Position numbers and translations under genes: made by a program
Notes under the pieces: model-generated
Databases searched by the model: none
What the model saw: only the letters and a program-made list of their open reading frames with translations
What the model was told of the DNA's origin: nothing
NCBI GenBank assembly: GCA_041694815.1
Contig: JBGFSC010000007.1
Location: forward strand, 64,138-128,137
Direction: 5' to 3'
Origin: Elusimicrobiota bacterium
GTDB taxonomy: Bacteria > Elusimicrobiota > Elusimicrobia > UBA1565 > JACRDR01
Length of the DNA stretch: 64,000 nucleotides
Shown: piece by piece, positions 55,544 to 64,000 of the stretch
Numbering within the stretch: the first letter of the stretch is position 1
How the letters are laid out: each line of letters begins with the position of its first letter

Positions 55544-55906
55544 CTAGAATTGCAGGCCGGCGGCCCTCGCCGCGTCGGCCAATGCCTTGATGCGGCCGTG
55601 GTAGACGTTGCCGCCGCGGTCGAAGGCCACTTGCTTGACGCCGGCCTGTGCCGCCTTCTGCGCGATCAGCGCGCCGACGGCCTTGGCGGCCTCGACGTTC
55701 TTGCCGGATTTGGACTTCTCCCGGACCTCTTTCGAGAGGCTCGAGGCGTAGGCGAGCGTCTTGCCCTGCGCGTCGTCGATGAGCTGGGCGTAGATATACT
55801 TGAGCGAGCGCCGCACCGCCAGGCGCGGCCGCCCGTGGGAGCGCAGCGCGACCTTCTCGCGCACCCGGTTCTTCCTGAATTCGTAGCGGACCTTCTTGTC
55901 TTTCAT
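55544..55906 (-). CDS. rplR: 50S ribosomal protein L18
   Basis: [21 protein letters not shown]. Confidence 0.98.
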   Translation of the reverse strand: MKDKKVRYEFRKNRVREKVALRSHGRPRLAVRRSLKYIYAQLIDDAQGKTLAYASSLSKEVREKSKSGKNVEAAKAVGALIAQKAAQAGVKQVAFDRGGNVYHGRIKALADAARAAGLQF

Positions 55907-56478
55907 TATTTCTTAGCTCCTGCACTTGCGCCGGCGCCGACACCGGCGGCGGTCTTGCCGGCCTTGCGTACGATGTGCTCGCCGCGGTAGCGGATGCCCG
56001 TGCCCTTGTAGGGCTCGGGGGGCTTGATCGCGCGGATGCGAGCGGCCGTCTGGCCCACTAGGTCCTTGTCGGCCCCCGAGAGCGTGATGGACACGGTCTT
56101 GGGGTCGACGGCCAACTTGATCCCCTTGGGGATGTGGAAATCGACGGGGTGCGAATAACCCAGGTTGAGCGTCAGCTTGTCGCCGGCCACCGCCGCCTTG
56201 AATCCCAGCCCCACCACGTCCAATATCTTGGTGAAGCCCTTCTCGACGCCCTCGATGATGTTGGCCACCCGGGCGCGCGACATGCCATAGACGGCGCCCA
56301 GCTCCGAGCCCCCGGAGAGCGAGAGCAACACCTTGCCGTCCTTAAGCTCGGCCTTAACGGAGGGATGCAGCGCCAGGCTAAGCTCGCCCAACGGCCCCTT
56401 GGCCGAGACCCTGCCCCCCTCGATCTTGACCTGGACCCCGGAGGGGACGGGAACTGGCATTTTTCCTATTCTAGACAT
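55906..56478 (-). CDS. rplF: 50S ribosomal protein L6
   Basis: MSRIGK, LGYSHP, PEPYKG. Confidence 0.98.
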   Translation of the reverse strand: MSRIGKMPVPVPSGVQVKIEGGRVSAKGPLGELSLALHPSVKAELKDGKVLLSLSGGSELGAVYGMSRARVANIIEGVEKGFTKILDVVGLGFKAAVAGDKLTLNLGYSHPVDFHIPKGIKLAVDPKTVSITLSGADKDLVGQTAARIRAIKPPEPYKGTGIRYRGEHIVRKAGKTAAGVGAGASAGAKK

Positions 56479-56484
56479 GGTTCG

Positions 56485-56877
56485 TCACCAGACCTGACAA
56501 AGGATCTCGCCGCCGACCTTCTTCTCCTTGGCCTGGCGGTCGGTAAGCACGCCACCGGGGGTCGAGAGGATCGTGACCCCGAAGGCCCCGCGTACCTTGG
56601 GGATCTCGCGGTAGCTGCGGTAGACCCGCAGGCCCGGCCGCGAGACGCGCTTGAGTCCGCGGATCACGAGCTCCTTCTCGGGGGAGTACTTCAGGAAGAC
56701 GCGGATGCTGCCGCGCCGCCCTTCGTTGTAGAGCGACTTGTAATTGGCGATGAAGCCCTCTTCCTTGAGGACGCGCACGATCTCCATCTTCAGGTTCGAA
56801 TAGGGGATATCGACGCGGTCCTTGAGCTTCGCGTTCGCATTGCGGATGCGGGTGAGCAGGTCGGCGATCGGGTCCAT
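56485..56877 (-). CDS. rpsH: 30S ribosomal protein S8
   Basis: DPIADLLTRIRN, SRPGLRVY. Confidence 0.98.
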   Translation of the reverse strand: MDPIADLLTRIRNANAKLKDRVDIPYSNLKMEIVRVLKEEGFIANYKSLYNEGRRGSIRVFLKYSPEKELVIRGLKRVSRPGLRVYRSYREIPKVRGAFGVTILSTPGGVLTDRQAKEKKVGGEILCQVW

Positions 56878-56886
56878 GCTAGTTCC

Positions 56887-57072
56887 TTACCACGAGGATT
56901 TCTTGACGCCCGGGATCTGCCCGGCGTGCGCCATCTTGCGGAAGCAGATGCGGCAGAGGCCGAAGTCGCGGTAATAGCTCCGCGGGCGGCCGCAGATCTG
57001 GCAGCGGTTGCGGTAGCGCGTGGCGAATTTTTGCGGCTTCTTCATCTTTGCGACCCATGCGATGGTGGCCAT
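56887..57072 (-). CDS. rpsN: 30S ribosomal protein S14 (short zinc-binding type)
   Basis: RCQICGRPR...LCRICFR. Confidence 0.97.
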   Translation of the reverse strand: MATIAWVAKMKKPQKFATRYRNRCQICGRPRSYYRDFGLCRICFRKMAHAGQIPGVKKSSW

Positions 57073-57088
57073 GATCTTTTATCCTTAG

Positions 57089-57790
57089 TTAAGCCGCGGC
57101 GAGTTCGCCCTTCTTGACGGCCGCGGGGGCGCGCTTTTTAAACGGCAGCCCGAGCTGCGTGAGCAGCTCCAGGCCCTTCTCGTCGGAGCCCGCGTCGGTG
57201 ACGAAGGTGATGTTCATTCCCCTCGCCTTGGGGGACTTTTCCACGTTGATCTCGGAGAAGATGTGGTGCTCCCGCAGTCCCAGGTTATAGTTGCCCGAGC
57301 CGTCGAAGCCGTTGGGCTCCAGGCCCCGGAAGTCCCGGATGCGCGGGATTGCCGTGGCCACGAGCCGGTCGAGGAACTCGAACATCCGGTCGCCGCGCAG
57401 CGTCACGCGCAGGCCGATGGGCATGCCCTGGCGCAGCTTGAAGTTGGAGATCGACTTCTTGGCTCGGCGGATCTGCGGCAGCTGCCCCGTGATCTGCGAG
57501 AGCTCCTCGCGGGCGATGTCTAAGGCCTGGATGTTCTCCTTGGCCTCGTTGACCCCTACATTGACGACGATCTTGAGCAGGCGCGGGGCCTGCATGGGAT
57601 TCTGGAGGCCCAACTTCTCGAGCAGGCTCGGCACGACCTTTTCCTTATAATAGGCCTTCAGCCGGGGGACGGGGTGCGGCGTCTCGCCCTCGGATTTGGG
57701 GGAGGCCTTCGCGGCAGCCTCTCGGGCCGCCTTCTCGGCCTGGGCCTTGAGCCCGGCCGCCTTGGCTTTGTCCAATTTCGTTTCGGCCAT
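57089..57790 (-). CDS. rplE: 50S ribosomal protein L5
   Basis: ITGQLP, VTLRG, PRIRDFRG. Confidence 0.98.
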   Translation of the reverse strand: MAETKLDKAKAAGLKAQAEKAAREAAAKASPKSEGETPHPVPRLKAYYKEKVVPSLLEKLGLQNPMQAPRLLKIVVNVGVNEAKENIQALDIAREELSQITGQLPQIRRAKKSISNFKLRQGMPIGLRVTLRGDRMFEFLDRLVATAIPRIRDFRGLEPNGFDGSGNYNLGLREHHIFSEINVEKSPKARGMNITFVTDAGSDEKGLELLTQLGLPFKKRAPAAVKKGELAAA

Positions 57791-58098
57791 CAGAGTATCA
57801 CCTCGGAGCACAACCGGCAGACGCGCACGCGCTCGCCGGTGGAAAGCTTATCCAGCTTGGGACGGTTGGGCTTCTGGCACTTGGGGCAGACCAGCATCAC
57901 CTTCGAGACGGCGATCGGGGCCTCCATCTTTTGGATGCCTCCGGGCTCGGAGGGCTTCGGCTTCTTATGTTTGGTGATCATGTTAACCTTGGCCACCAGT
58001 ACCCGCCCATCCTCGGAGAAAACTTTAAGCACCTCGCCCTTCTTGCCCTTGTCCCGCCCCGACAGGACGAGCACCGTATCCTTCTTGCGCAGTTTCAT
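57790..58098 (-). CDS. rplX: 50S ribosomal protein L24
   Basis: [12 protein letters not shown]. Confidence 0.97.
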   Translation of the reverse strand: MKLRKKDTVLVLSGRDKGKKGEVLKVFSEDGRVLVAKVNMITKHKKPKPSEPGGIQKMEAPIAVSKVMLVCPKCQKPNRPKLDKLSTGERVRVCRLCSEVIL

Positions 58099-58463
58099 AT
58101 GACCTCGGGAGCCAATGAGATGATCTTTAAGAAGTTCTTGTCGCGCAGCTCGCGGGCCACCGGGCCGAACACGCGCGTGCCCTTCGGCTCGCCCTCGGCG
58201 TCGACGACGCAGGCGGCGTTATCGTCGAAGCGCACGTAGGAACCGTCGGGCCGGCGGTGGTTGTTGCGCATGCGCACGATCACCGCCTTGACCACCTCGC
58301 CCTTCTTGATGGCGGCTGTCGGCGTGGCGTCACGGACCGAGCAGACCACGATGTCCCCGAGCGAGGCGTAAGTCCGCGTCGACCCGCCCAGGACCTTGAA
58401 GCATTGCAGCTTGCGCGCGCCGGAGTTATCGGCGACGTTGAGGATGGTTCTCAGCTGGATCAT
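58095..58463 (-). CDS. rplN: 50S ribosomal protein L14
   Basis: [21 protein letters not shown]. Confidence 0.98.
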   Translation of the reverse strand: MIQLRTILNVADNSGARKLQCFKVLGGSTRTYASLGDIVVCSVRDATPTAAIKKGEVVKAVIVRMRNNHRRPDGSYVRFDDNAACVVDAEGEPKGTRVFGPVARELRDKNFLKIISLAPEVI

Positions 58464-58786
58464 TTCGGAGCCTCGGCAACCACGCCCTTTTCCTGCGGCG
58501 CCGCGACCTTGGGGGCGGTCTTGAGCACGCGCACCAGGCGCCAGCGCTTGAGCCTCGACAACGGGCGCATGCTCATAATCTCGACCAAGTCCCCCTCGCG
58601 AGATTCGTTCCCCTCGTCATGCGCGTAGAAGCGGCTGCGGCGCGTGACGATCTTCTCGTAAAAGGGATGCCGGACCCGTCGCTCGACGTCGATGACGCGG
58701 GTCTTGTTCGTTTTGTCCGAGACCACCACGCCGACGATGACGCGGCGGCGGTTGCGGACGGGACCTTCGGGTTGCTTGCTTGCCAT
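58460..58786 (-). CDS. rpsQ: 30S ribosomal protein S17
   Basis: GVVVSDK, AHDE, RPLS..KRW. Confidence 0.97.
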   Translation of the reverse strand: MASKQPEGPVRNRRRVIVGVVVSDKTNKTRVIDVERRVRHPFYEKIVTRRSRFYAHDEGNESREGDLVEIMSMRPLSRLKRWRLVRVLKTAPKVAAPQEKGVVAEAPK

Positions 58787-58796
58787 GTCTTATCCC

Positions 58797-59015
58797 CTAA
58801 CCTTTCGGCTTGGCGGAGGCCAAGTCCTTCTCGCGGATCCAAGTCTGGAGCCGGGCGATGTGCCGGCGCAAATTCCTGAGCTCCGCGGTATTCTGGACCG
58901 ACACGGAGCGATGCTTGAAACGAATCTTGAAATGCTTCTCCCGGCTAGAGCGTAGCTCGGCCTGGAGCTCGGCGACCGACAGGTTGCGCTTGGCGTCTTT
59001 CTCTTTCGCTTTCAT
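58797..59015 (-). CDS. rpmC: 50S ribosomal protein L29
   Basis: [10 protein letters not shown]; position between rplP and rpsQ. Confidence 0.92.
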   Translation of the reverse strand: MKAKEKDAKRNLSVAELQAELRSSREKHFKIRFKHRSVSVQNTAELRNLRRHIARLQTWIREKDLASAKPKG

Positions 59016-59428
59016 CTTTCTTCCCGGACGATGAATTTTGTTCGGATCGGCAGCTTATGGGCGGCCAGGGTCATGGCCTCCTGCGCGACCTCGGTGGTCA
59101 GTCCCTCGAGCTCGAAGAGCACGCGGCCCGGCTTGACGACGGCGGCCCAGTGGTCCGGCGCGCCTTTCCCCTTTCCCATGCGGGTCTCCGCTGGGTGCTT
59201 GGTGATGGCCTTGTCGGGGAAGATGCGCACCCACAGCTTTCCGCCCTTCTTGATGAACCGGGTCAGGGCCACGCGGCTGGCCTCGATCTGCCGGGCCGTG
59301 ATCCATTTAGGCTCGAGCGCCTTGAGCCCGTATTCGCCGAAGGCGATCTCCGTGCCGCGCTTGGCCAGCCCCTTGATCCTGGGGTGGCTGTGCGGCTTGC
59401 GGTATTTGACTCTCTTGGGCATCAACAT
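59012..59428 (-). CDS. rplP: 50S ribosomal protein L16
   Basis: [18 protein letters not shown]. Confidence 0.98.
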   Translation of the reverse strand: MLMPKRVKYRKPHSHPRIKGLAKRGTEIAFGEYGLKALEPKWITARQIEASRVALTRFIKKGGKLWVRIFPDKAITKHPAETRMGKGKGAPDHWAAVVKPGRVLFELEGLTTEVAQEAMTLAAHKLPIRTKFIVREER

Positions 59429-59431
59429 ACG

Positions 59432-60283
59432 CTATTCCTCGCCTTCGGTCATGTCCTCGCCGGTGAGCTGTGCTAAGGCGGAGGCCGGCAGCTCCGGCAT
59501 CTCCCCCTTCTCCTCGGCCGCCGTGGCCGACGCGGGGATGGCCAAGGAGGCCTCCTCGCCCGCCGGCTCGAGCGTGGGCGCGGGCTTCTCTAGAAGCACC
59601 GGTTTGACGGAGGCGGCCTCGGCCTTCTTGGCCTCGGTCAAGAGCTCCTTCATGCTCTTGGCGAAGAGCTGCTTCTTGAAGATCCAGACCTTGACCCCGA
59701 TGAGCCCCATGGCCGTGTGCGCCTCGGCGAAGCCGTAATCGATATCGGCGCAGAAGGTATGCAAGGGCACGCGCCCCTCGCGCTGCCACTCCCGCCGCGC
59801 GATCTCGTTTCCCCCGAGCCGGCCGGCGACCATGACCTTGATCCCGAGGGCCCCGGCCTGCAGGGTCCGCTCCATGGCGCGCTTGATGGCGCGGCGGTGG
59901 GCGATGCGCTTCTCCAGCTGTAGGGCGATGGCCTCGGCGACGAGCCGTGAGTCGAGCTCGGGCTCCTTGATCTCCATGACGTTGATAAAGGTCTTGCGCG
60001 AGGTGATGCCCTCGATGGCCGTCCTCAGGGACTCGATGTCGACGCCCTTCTTGCCGATCACGACCCCGGGCCGCGCCGTGTGGATGTTGACGCGCAGGTA
60101 GGAACCGGCACGCTCGATGCCCACCCAGCTGACGGCCGCCAGGCGGAAGCGGTCCTTGACCAGGCTGCGGATCTTGAAGTCTTCGCCGATGAGCGCCGGG
60201 ATCTCCCGGGGAGCGAACCACTTCGACTCCCAATCCTGGATGTAGCCCAGGCGCACCGCGCGTGGATTAATTTTTTGTCCCAT
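59432..60283 (-). CDS. rpsC: 30S ribosomal protein S3
   Basis: [25 protein letters not shown]. Confidence 0.98.
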   Translation of the reverse strand: MGQKINPRAVRLGYIQDWESKWFAPREIPALIGEDFKIRSLVKDRFRLAAVSWVGIERAGSYLRVNIHTARPGVVIGKKGVDIESLRTAIEGITSRKTFINVMEIKEPELDSRLVAEAIALQLEKRIAHRRAIKRAMERTLQAGALGIKVMVAGRLGGNEIARREWQREGRVPLHTFCADIDYGFAEAHTAMGLIGVKVWIFKKQLFAKSMKELLTEAKKAEAASVKPVLLEKPAPTLEPAGEEASLAIPASATAAEEKGEMPELPASALAQLTGEDMTEGEE

Positions 60284-60284
60284 G

Positions 60285-60632
60285 TTATTTACCGTCCGAA
60301 ACGACGACCGTGATGTGGCAGACCTTGCGCTTGAAGGTGTTCGCGCGGCCCTGCGGCGCCGGCATCACCCGCTTCATCGGGCCCATCGGACCCTGGCCGA
60401 CCCAAGCCGCCTTGACGAAGACCGACTGGGGCTCGAGCTTGCGCCCGCGCCGCACGGACAGGTTCGCCGCGGCGGACTTGAGCGTCTTGGCGACCACCGC
60501 GGAGGCCGCGCGCGGCACCGCCGGCAATATGGATTCGGCTCCCAATACGGATTTGCCCCGGATCTGGGCGAGAACCTGCGCGACCTTGCGCGCGCCGTAC
60601 CTCTGGAATCGTGCGTGGGCGATCGCTTCCAT
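60285..60632 (-). CDS. rplV: 50S ribosomal protein L22
   Basis: KSAAAN, PAPQGRA, HITVVV. Confidence 0.95.
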   Translation of the reverse strand: MEAIAHARFQRYGARKVAQVLAQIRGKSVLGAESILPAVPRAASAVVAKTLKSAAANLSVRRGRKLEPQSVFVKAAWVGQGPMGPMKRVMPAPQGRANTFKRKVCHITVVVSDGK

Positions 60633-60663
60633 CAGATAGTCCCCCGAACCGTTGTCGTTCTCA

Positions 60664-60951
60664 TCAAGTCAGCTCCGTGGCTTCCTTCGTATGGGCCTGT
60701 CCGTGGCCCTTGAAGAATCGCGTGAAGGCGAATTCGCCGAGCTTGTGGCCGACCATCTGCTCGGAAATGTAGATCGGCAGGAACTTTCGGCCGTTGTGCA
60801 CCGCGAAGGTGTGCCCCACGAATTCCGGGACGATGGTGCAGGCCCTCGCCCAGGTCTTGACCACCTTTTTTTCCCCGGCGGAGTTCATCTTCTGCACCGT
60901 CTCGAGCAGGTTATGGTCGACGAAAGGGCCCTTCTTCGTTGATCTTCCCAT
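60664..60951 (-). CDS. rpsS: 30S ribosomal protein S19
   Basis: [16 protein letters not shown]. Confidence 0.98.
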   Translation of the reverse strand: MGRSTKKGPFVDHNLLETVQKMNSAGEKKVVKTWARACTIVPEFVGHTFAVHNGRKFLPIYISEQMVGHKLGEFAFTRFFKGHGQAHTKEATELT

Positions 60952-60952
60952 G

Positions 60953-61792
60953 TTATACCGCCTTTGCCTTGCGCCGGTCTTCGACGATCATCCAACCCCA
61001 AACCTTGCGCTTGTTGCGAGTCTTAAATCCCTTGGCTAGCTGGTTCCAGGGCGACTTGGGGTGGTTGCCACCCTTGGCCTTGCCGCGACCACCTCCCAGC
61101 GGGTGGTCGACGGCGTTCATCGCGCCGCCGCGCACCGTCGGACGGATCCCGAGATGGCGGGAGCGCCCGGCATTGCCGAGGTGGATCGTGTTGTGCTCGA
61201 TGTTTGAGACCTGCCCGATCGTCGCCATGCACTCGCGGGGGATCAAGCGGATCTCGCCGGAGGGCATCTTCACCTGGGCGTAGGGGCCGTCCTTCGACAT
61301 GAGCTGCGCCTGGGTGCCGGCGGCGCGCATCATCTTGCCGCCCTTGCCCGGGACCAGCTCGAGGTTGTGGATGAACGTGCCGTCGGGGATGTTGTTGATC
61401 GGCAGGGCGTTGCCCACCTTGATGTCGGCCTCGGGCCCAGAGACGACGGTGTCTCCAACCTTAAGGCCCACCGGATGCAGGATGTATCGCTTCTCCCCGT
61501 CCTTATAATGGAGAAGGCAGATGCGCGCGGAACGGTTCGGGTCGTACTCGATCGAGGCGACCTTCGCCGGCACCCCTGCCTTGTCCCGCTTAAAATCGAC
61601 GAAGCGGTAGCTTTGCTTGTGCCCGCCGCCCTGGTGGCGGACCATCACCTCGCCGGTGTTGTTTCGCCCGCCCTTGCCGCGCAGGCCCACCGTAAGGGAC
61701 TTCTCCGGGGCTTTCTTGGTCAGCTCCGAGAAATCCGCCACGTCCATGTGGCGCCTGGAAGGCGTGTACGGCTTAAAGCTCTTAATCGCCAT
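60953..61792 (-). CDS. rplB: 50S ribosomal protein L2
   Basis: [21 protein letters not shown]. Confidence 0.98.
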   Translation of the reverse strand: MAIKSFKPYTPSRRHMDVADFSELTKKAPEKSLTVGLRGKGGRNNTGEVMVRHQGGGHKQSYRFVDFKRDKAGVPAKVASIEYDPNRSARICLLHYKDGEKRYILHPVGLKVGDTVVSGPEADIKVGNALPINNIPDGTFIHNLELVPGKGGKMMRAAGTQAQLMSKDGPYAQVKMPSGEIRLIPRECMATIGQVSNIEHNTIHLGNAGRSRHLGIRPTVRGGAMNAVDHPLGGGRGKAKGGNHPKSPWNQLAKGFKTRNKRKVWGWMIVEDRRKAKAV

Positions 61793-61796
61793 GTTC

Positions 61797-62096
61797 TTAG
61801 CCCGCCTGCTCTACGAGATCGATCTTTTGGCCCTCGCCAATGGTGACGACGGCCTTCTTCCAGTCCGGCTTCTTGCCGACGCTGCGCCCGAAGCGGCGCA
61901 TGCCGCCGAGCACGTTGATGGTGCGCACCTTCTTTACGTCGACCTTGAAGATCTCCTCCACGGCCCGCTTGATGTCGGGCTTGCTGGCGCCGGGCTCGAC
62001 TTCGAAGACGTATTGGTTGAACCTCTCCTTGAGCATCGTACTGCGCTCGGTCAGCAGCGGGCGCCGGATGAATCGGTAGGGGTTGAATTCGTTCAT
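61797..62096 (-). CDS. rplW: 50S ribosomal protein L23
   Basis: [21 protein letters not shown]. Confidence 0.97.
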   Translation of the reverse strand: MNEFNPYRFIRRPLLTERSTMLKERFNQYVFEVEPGASKPDIKRAVEEIFKVDVKKVRTINVLGGMRRFGRSVGKKPDWKKAVVTIGEGQKIDLVEQAG

Positions 62097-62097
62097 G

Positions 62098-62718
62098 TCA
62101 ATTCCAGCGGGAGCTTAGCTTTTCCAGCGCTCCCTTCGTCACGATGAGTTTGTCGCAGTTGAGCACCGCGTAGGCGTTCAAATGCGCCGCCAGCATGATC
62201 TTGAGCTCCGGCACGTTGCGGCTGGCGAGCGCCAGGTTCTTGTCGTAGGCCTCCAGGACGAGCAGGGATTTAGGCCTGGCCCCCAGGCTGCGCAGCATCT
62301 GCGAGACCTGTTTGGTCTTGGCGCCGTCGAGCGAGAGCCCCTCGAGCACGCGCAGGGAGCCCTCCGCGGCGCGGGCGCTTAAGGCCTGCGCCAAGGCCAG
62401 CTTCGACTTCTGCCTCGGCAGCTCGAGGCGGAAGACGCGCCGGCGCGGCCCGTGCGCGACGGCCCCCTTGCGCCAGAGAGGGGAACGGATCGAGCCCGCG
62501 CGCGCGCGCCCCGTATGTTTCTGCTTCCAGGGCTTGTGCCCTCCGCCCGAGACCTCCGAGCGGGTCTTGGTATGGGCCTGGCCGCGGCGCTGGTTGGTCA
62601 AGAAGACCGTGGTTACCTCGTGCAGGAAGCCGGGCCTCGGCTTGAGCGCGAAGACGTTGTCGGGCAGAGTCACCGTGCCAACCGCCTCACCCTTCCAGTT
62701 TAAGACTTGCGTTTCCAT
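62098..62718 (-). CDS. rplD: 50S ribosomal protein L4
   Basis: [25 protein letters not shown]. Confidence 0.98.
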   Translation of the reverse strand: METQVLNWKGEAVGTVTLPDNVFALKPRPGFLHEVTTVFLTNQRRGQAHTKTRSEVSGGGHKPWKQKHTGRARAGSIRSPLWRKGAVAHGPRRRVFRLELPRQKSKLALAQALSARAAEGSLRVLEGLSLDGAKTKQVSQMLRSLGARPKSLLVLEAYDKNLALASRNVPELKIMLAAHLNAYAVLNCDKLIVTKGALEKLSSRWN

Positions 62719-62719
62719 G

Positions 62720-63538
62720 TTATTTCTTCTCCGCCGGCTTGCTGGTCGCCTGGGCGGCCGCCTTGGCGCCCTTCGCCTTGATGATGTTGCCCATCTTGTC
62801 GCGGAGCACGGCGACCTGCTTGCGGATGATCCTCACCTTCTTGTTCTTGACCGTCTCCCCGACGAACACCAGCGAGCCCACCGGGCCCGGCACCGAGCCG
62901 TTGACGTAAAGGAGGTGCTTGCCCGGGTCCACCTCGACGACCTCGAGCTTGTGCACGGTGGTGGCGGCGTTGCCGAGATGTCCCGCCATGCGCTGGCCCG
63001 GCAGCACGCGGCCCAACGAGCGGCGCGCCGCCAGCGAGCCGGGGGAGCGCTCCTTGTCGGAGGCCCCGTGCGAGCCGGGCAGCCCGCGGAAATTGTGCCG
63101 CTTCATGACCCCGGCGAAGCCCTTGCCCTTGGAGACGCCGTGGACGTCGACGTAATCGAGGGGCTTGAAGCGCCCCTCGAGGTCGACTTGTTGACCGACG
63201 GCGAAGCCGGCGGTCTCGTTTATGCGGAACTCCCTTAAATACTTCGCAGGTGGCAGCGAAGAAGCCTTGAATTGGCCCAGCAAGGATTTTGTGAGAGACT
63301 TTTCCTTCCTCTTGCCGAAGCCCAACTGAACCGCATTATATCCGTCTTTTTCGTCCGTCTTTATGCCGTAGACGGGGCAGGGGCCCGCCTCGATGACGGT
63401 CACGGGCACCAGCTTGCCGTCGGCGGTGAAGACCTGCGTCATACCCTTCTTCTCGCCGAGCAGCCAGCGGAAAGTGGCCGGCGCCTTCTTCGCGCCGTCG
63501 GCTGCCGCCTCTGCTGTCTTCTTCTCTTCTTCGCTCAT
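62720..63538 (-). CDS. rplC: 50S ribosomal protein L3
   Basis: GMTQVF, DGYNAVQ, SKGKGFAG. Confidence 0.98.
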   Translation of the reverse strand: MSEEEKKTAEAAADGAKKAPATFRWLLGEKKGMTQVFTADGKLVPVTVIEAGPCPVYGIKTDEKDGYNAVQLGFGKRKEKSLTKSLLGQFKASSLPPAKYLREFRINETAGFAVGQQVDLEGRFKPLDYVDVHGVSKGKGFAGVMKRHNFRGLPGSHGASDKERSPGSLAARRSLGRVLPGQRMAGHLGNAATTVHKLEVVEVDPGKHLLYVNGSVPGPVGSLVFVGETVKNKKVRIIRKQVAVLRDKMGNIIKAKGAKAAAQATSKPAEKK

Positions 63539-63550
63539 GGTCCCTCTTGC

Positions 63551-63877
63551 TTAAAGCTTGATCTCCACGTCCACCCCGCCGGGCAGGTCGAGCTTCATGA
63601 GCTCGTCGACCGTGCGCGAGGTCGGACTCTTGAGCTCGATGAGACGCTTGTGCACGCGCATCTCGAACTGCTCGCGGGATTTCTTGTCCACGTGCGGCGA
63701 GCGCAGCACGGTGTACTTGCGGATATGGGTCGGCAATAGCACCGGTCCCGCCACCACGGCGCCCGTCCGGCGGGCGGTGTCGACTATCTTGCCCACGGAC
63801 TGGTCCAGCACGCGGTGGTCGTAGGCGCGCAGACGGATGCGGATGCGGCTCTGGGGGGTCAGGGTCTGTTCGGCCAT
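63551..63877 (-). CDS. rpsJ: 30S ribosomal protein S10
   Basis: [23 protein letters not shown]. Confidence 0.98.
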   Translation of the reverse strand: MAEQTLTPQSRIRIRLRAYDHRVLDQSVGKIVDTARRTGAVVAGPVLLPTHIRKYTVLRSPHVDKKSREQFEMRVHKRLIELKSPTSRTVDELMKLDLPGGVDVEIKL

Positions 63878-63878
63878 G

Positions 63879-64000
63879 TTATTCCACGATGGCGCTGACG
63901 ACGCCCGCGCCCACCGTATGGCCCCCCTCGCGGATGGCGAACCGCAGCCCCTGCTCCATCGCCACCGGCGTGATCAACGTCACGTTCATGTCGATGTTGT
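63879..64000 (-). CDS. tuf: Elongation factor Tu, C-terminal end (partial)
   Basis: ...[34 protein letters not shown] directly upstream of rpsJ. Confidence 0.95.
   Translation of the reverse strand, partial: NIDMNVTLITPVAMEQGLRFAIREGGHTVGAGVVSAIVE

Noticed and set aside
2189..63824. Numerous long overlapping or antisense ORFs (e.g. 35282-36694, 41821-42900, 10553-11740) and extended N termini in the track
   Set aside because: Expected stop-codon scarcity in high-GC DNA; Arg/Pro/Ala-rich translations opposite well-supported genes.

Overview
GC-rich bacterial chromosomal window. Protein style and gene order suggest Elusimicrobiota, but that is an unverified inference. Positions 1-2030 are a visibly AT-richer accessory stretch holding an antitoxin/PIN-toxin pair absent from the ORF track and a tRNA(CAT), probably tRNA-Ile2, split by a 256-nt group I intron between U33 and C34. 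Positions 2-38 kb are mixed housekeeping and accessory genes: msrAB, a beta-barrel plus FecR pair, a ParDE-like toxin-antitoxin pair, a SMUG1-type glycosylase, mutSL, a HEAT-GT2-YaiO-like cluster, fpg, a POT transporter, an SF1 helicase, queCE, ridA and a Rho that lacks its RNA-binding domain. Positions 38.7-64 kb are one uninterrupted minus-strand gene run: tuf, the S10, spc and alpha clusters (no rpmD), then mreBCD-mrdA-rodA-rng-amidase-murI. The most notable signals are the tRNA intron, a family of long GGTGCCAGG-ended palindromes, an orphan promoter followed by a long hairpin (candidate sRNA), the truncated Rho, and a recurring leaderless-mRNA signature (TANNNT-N6-start).
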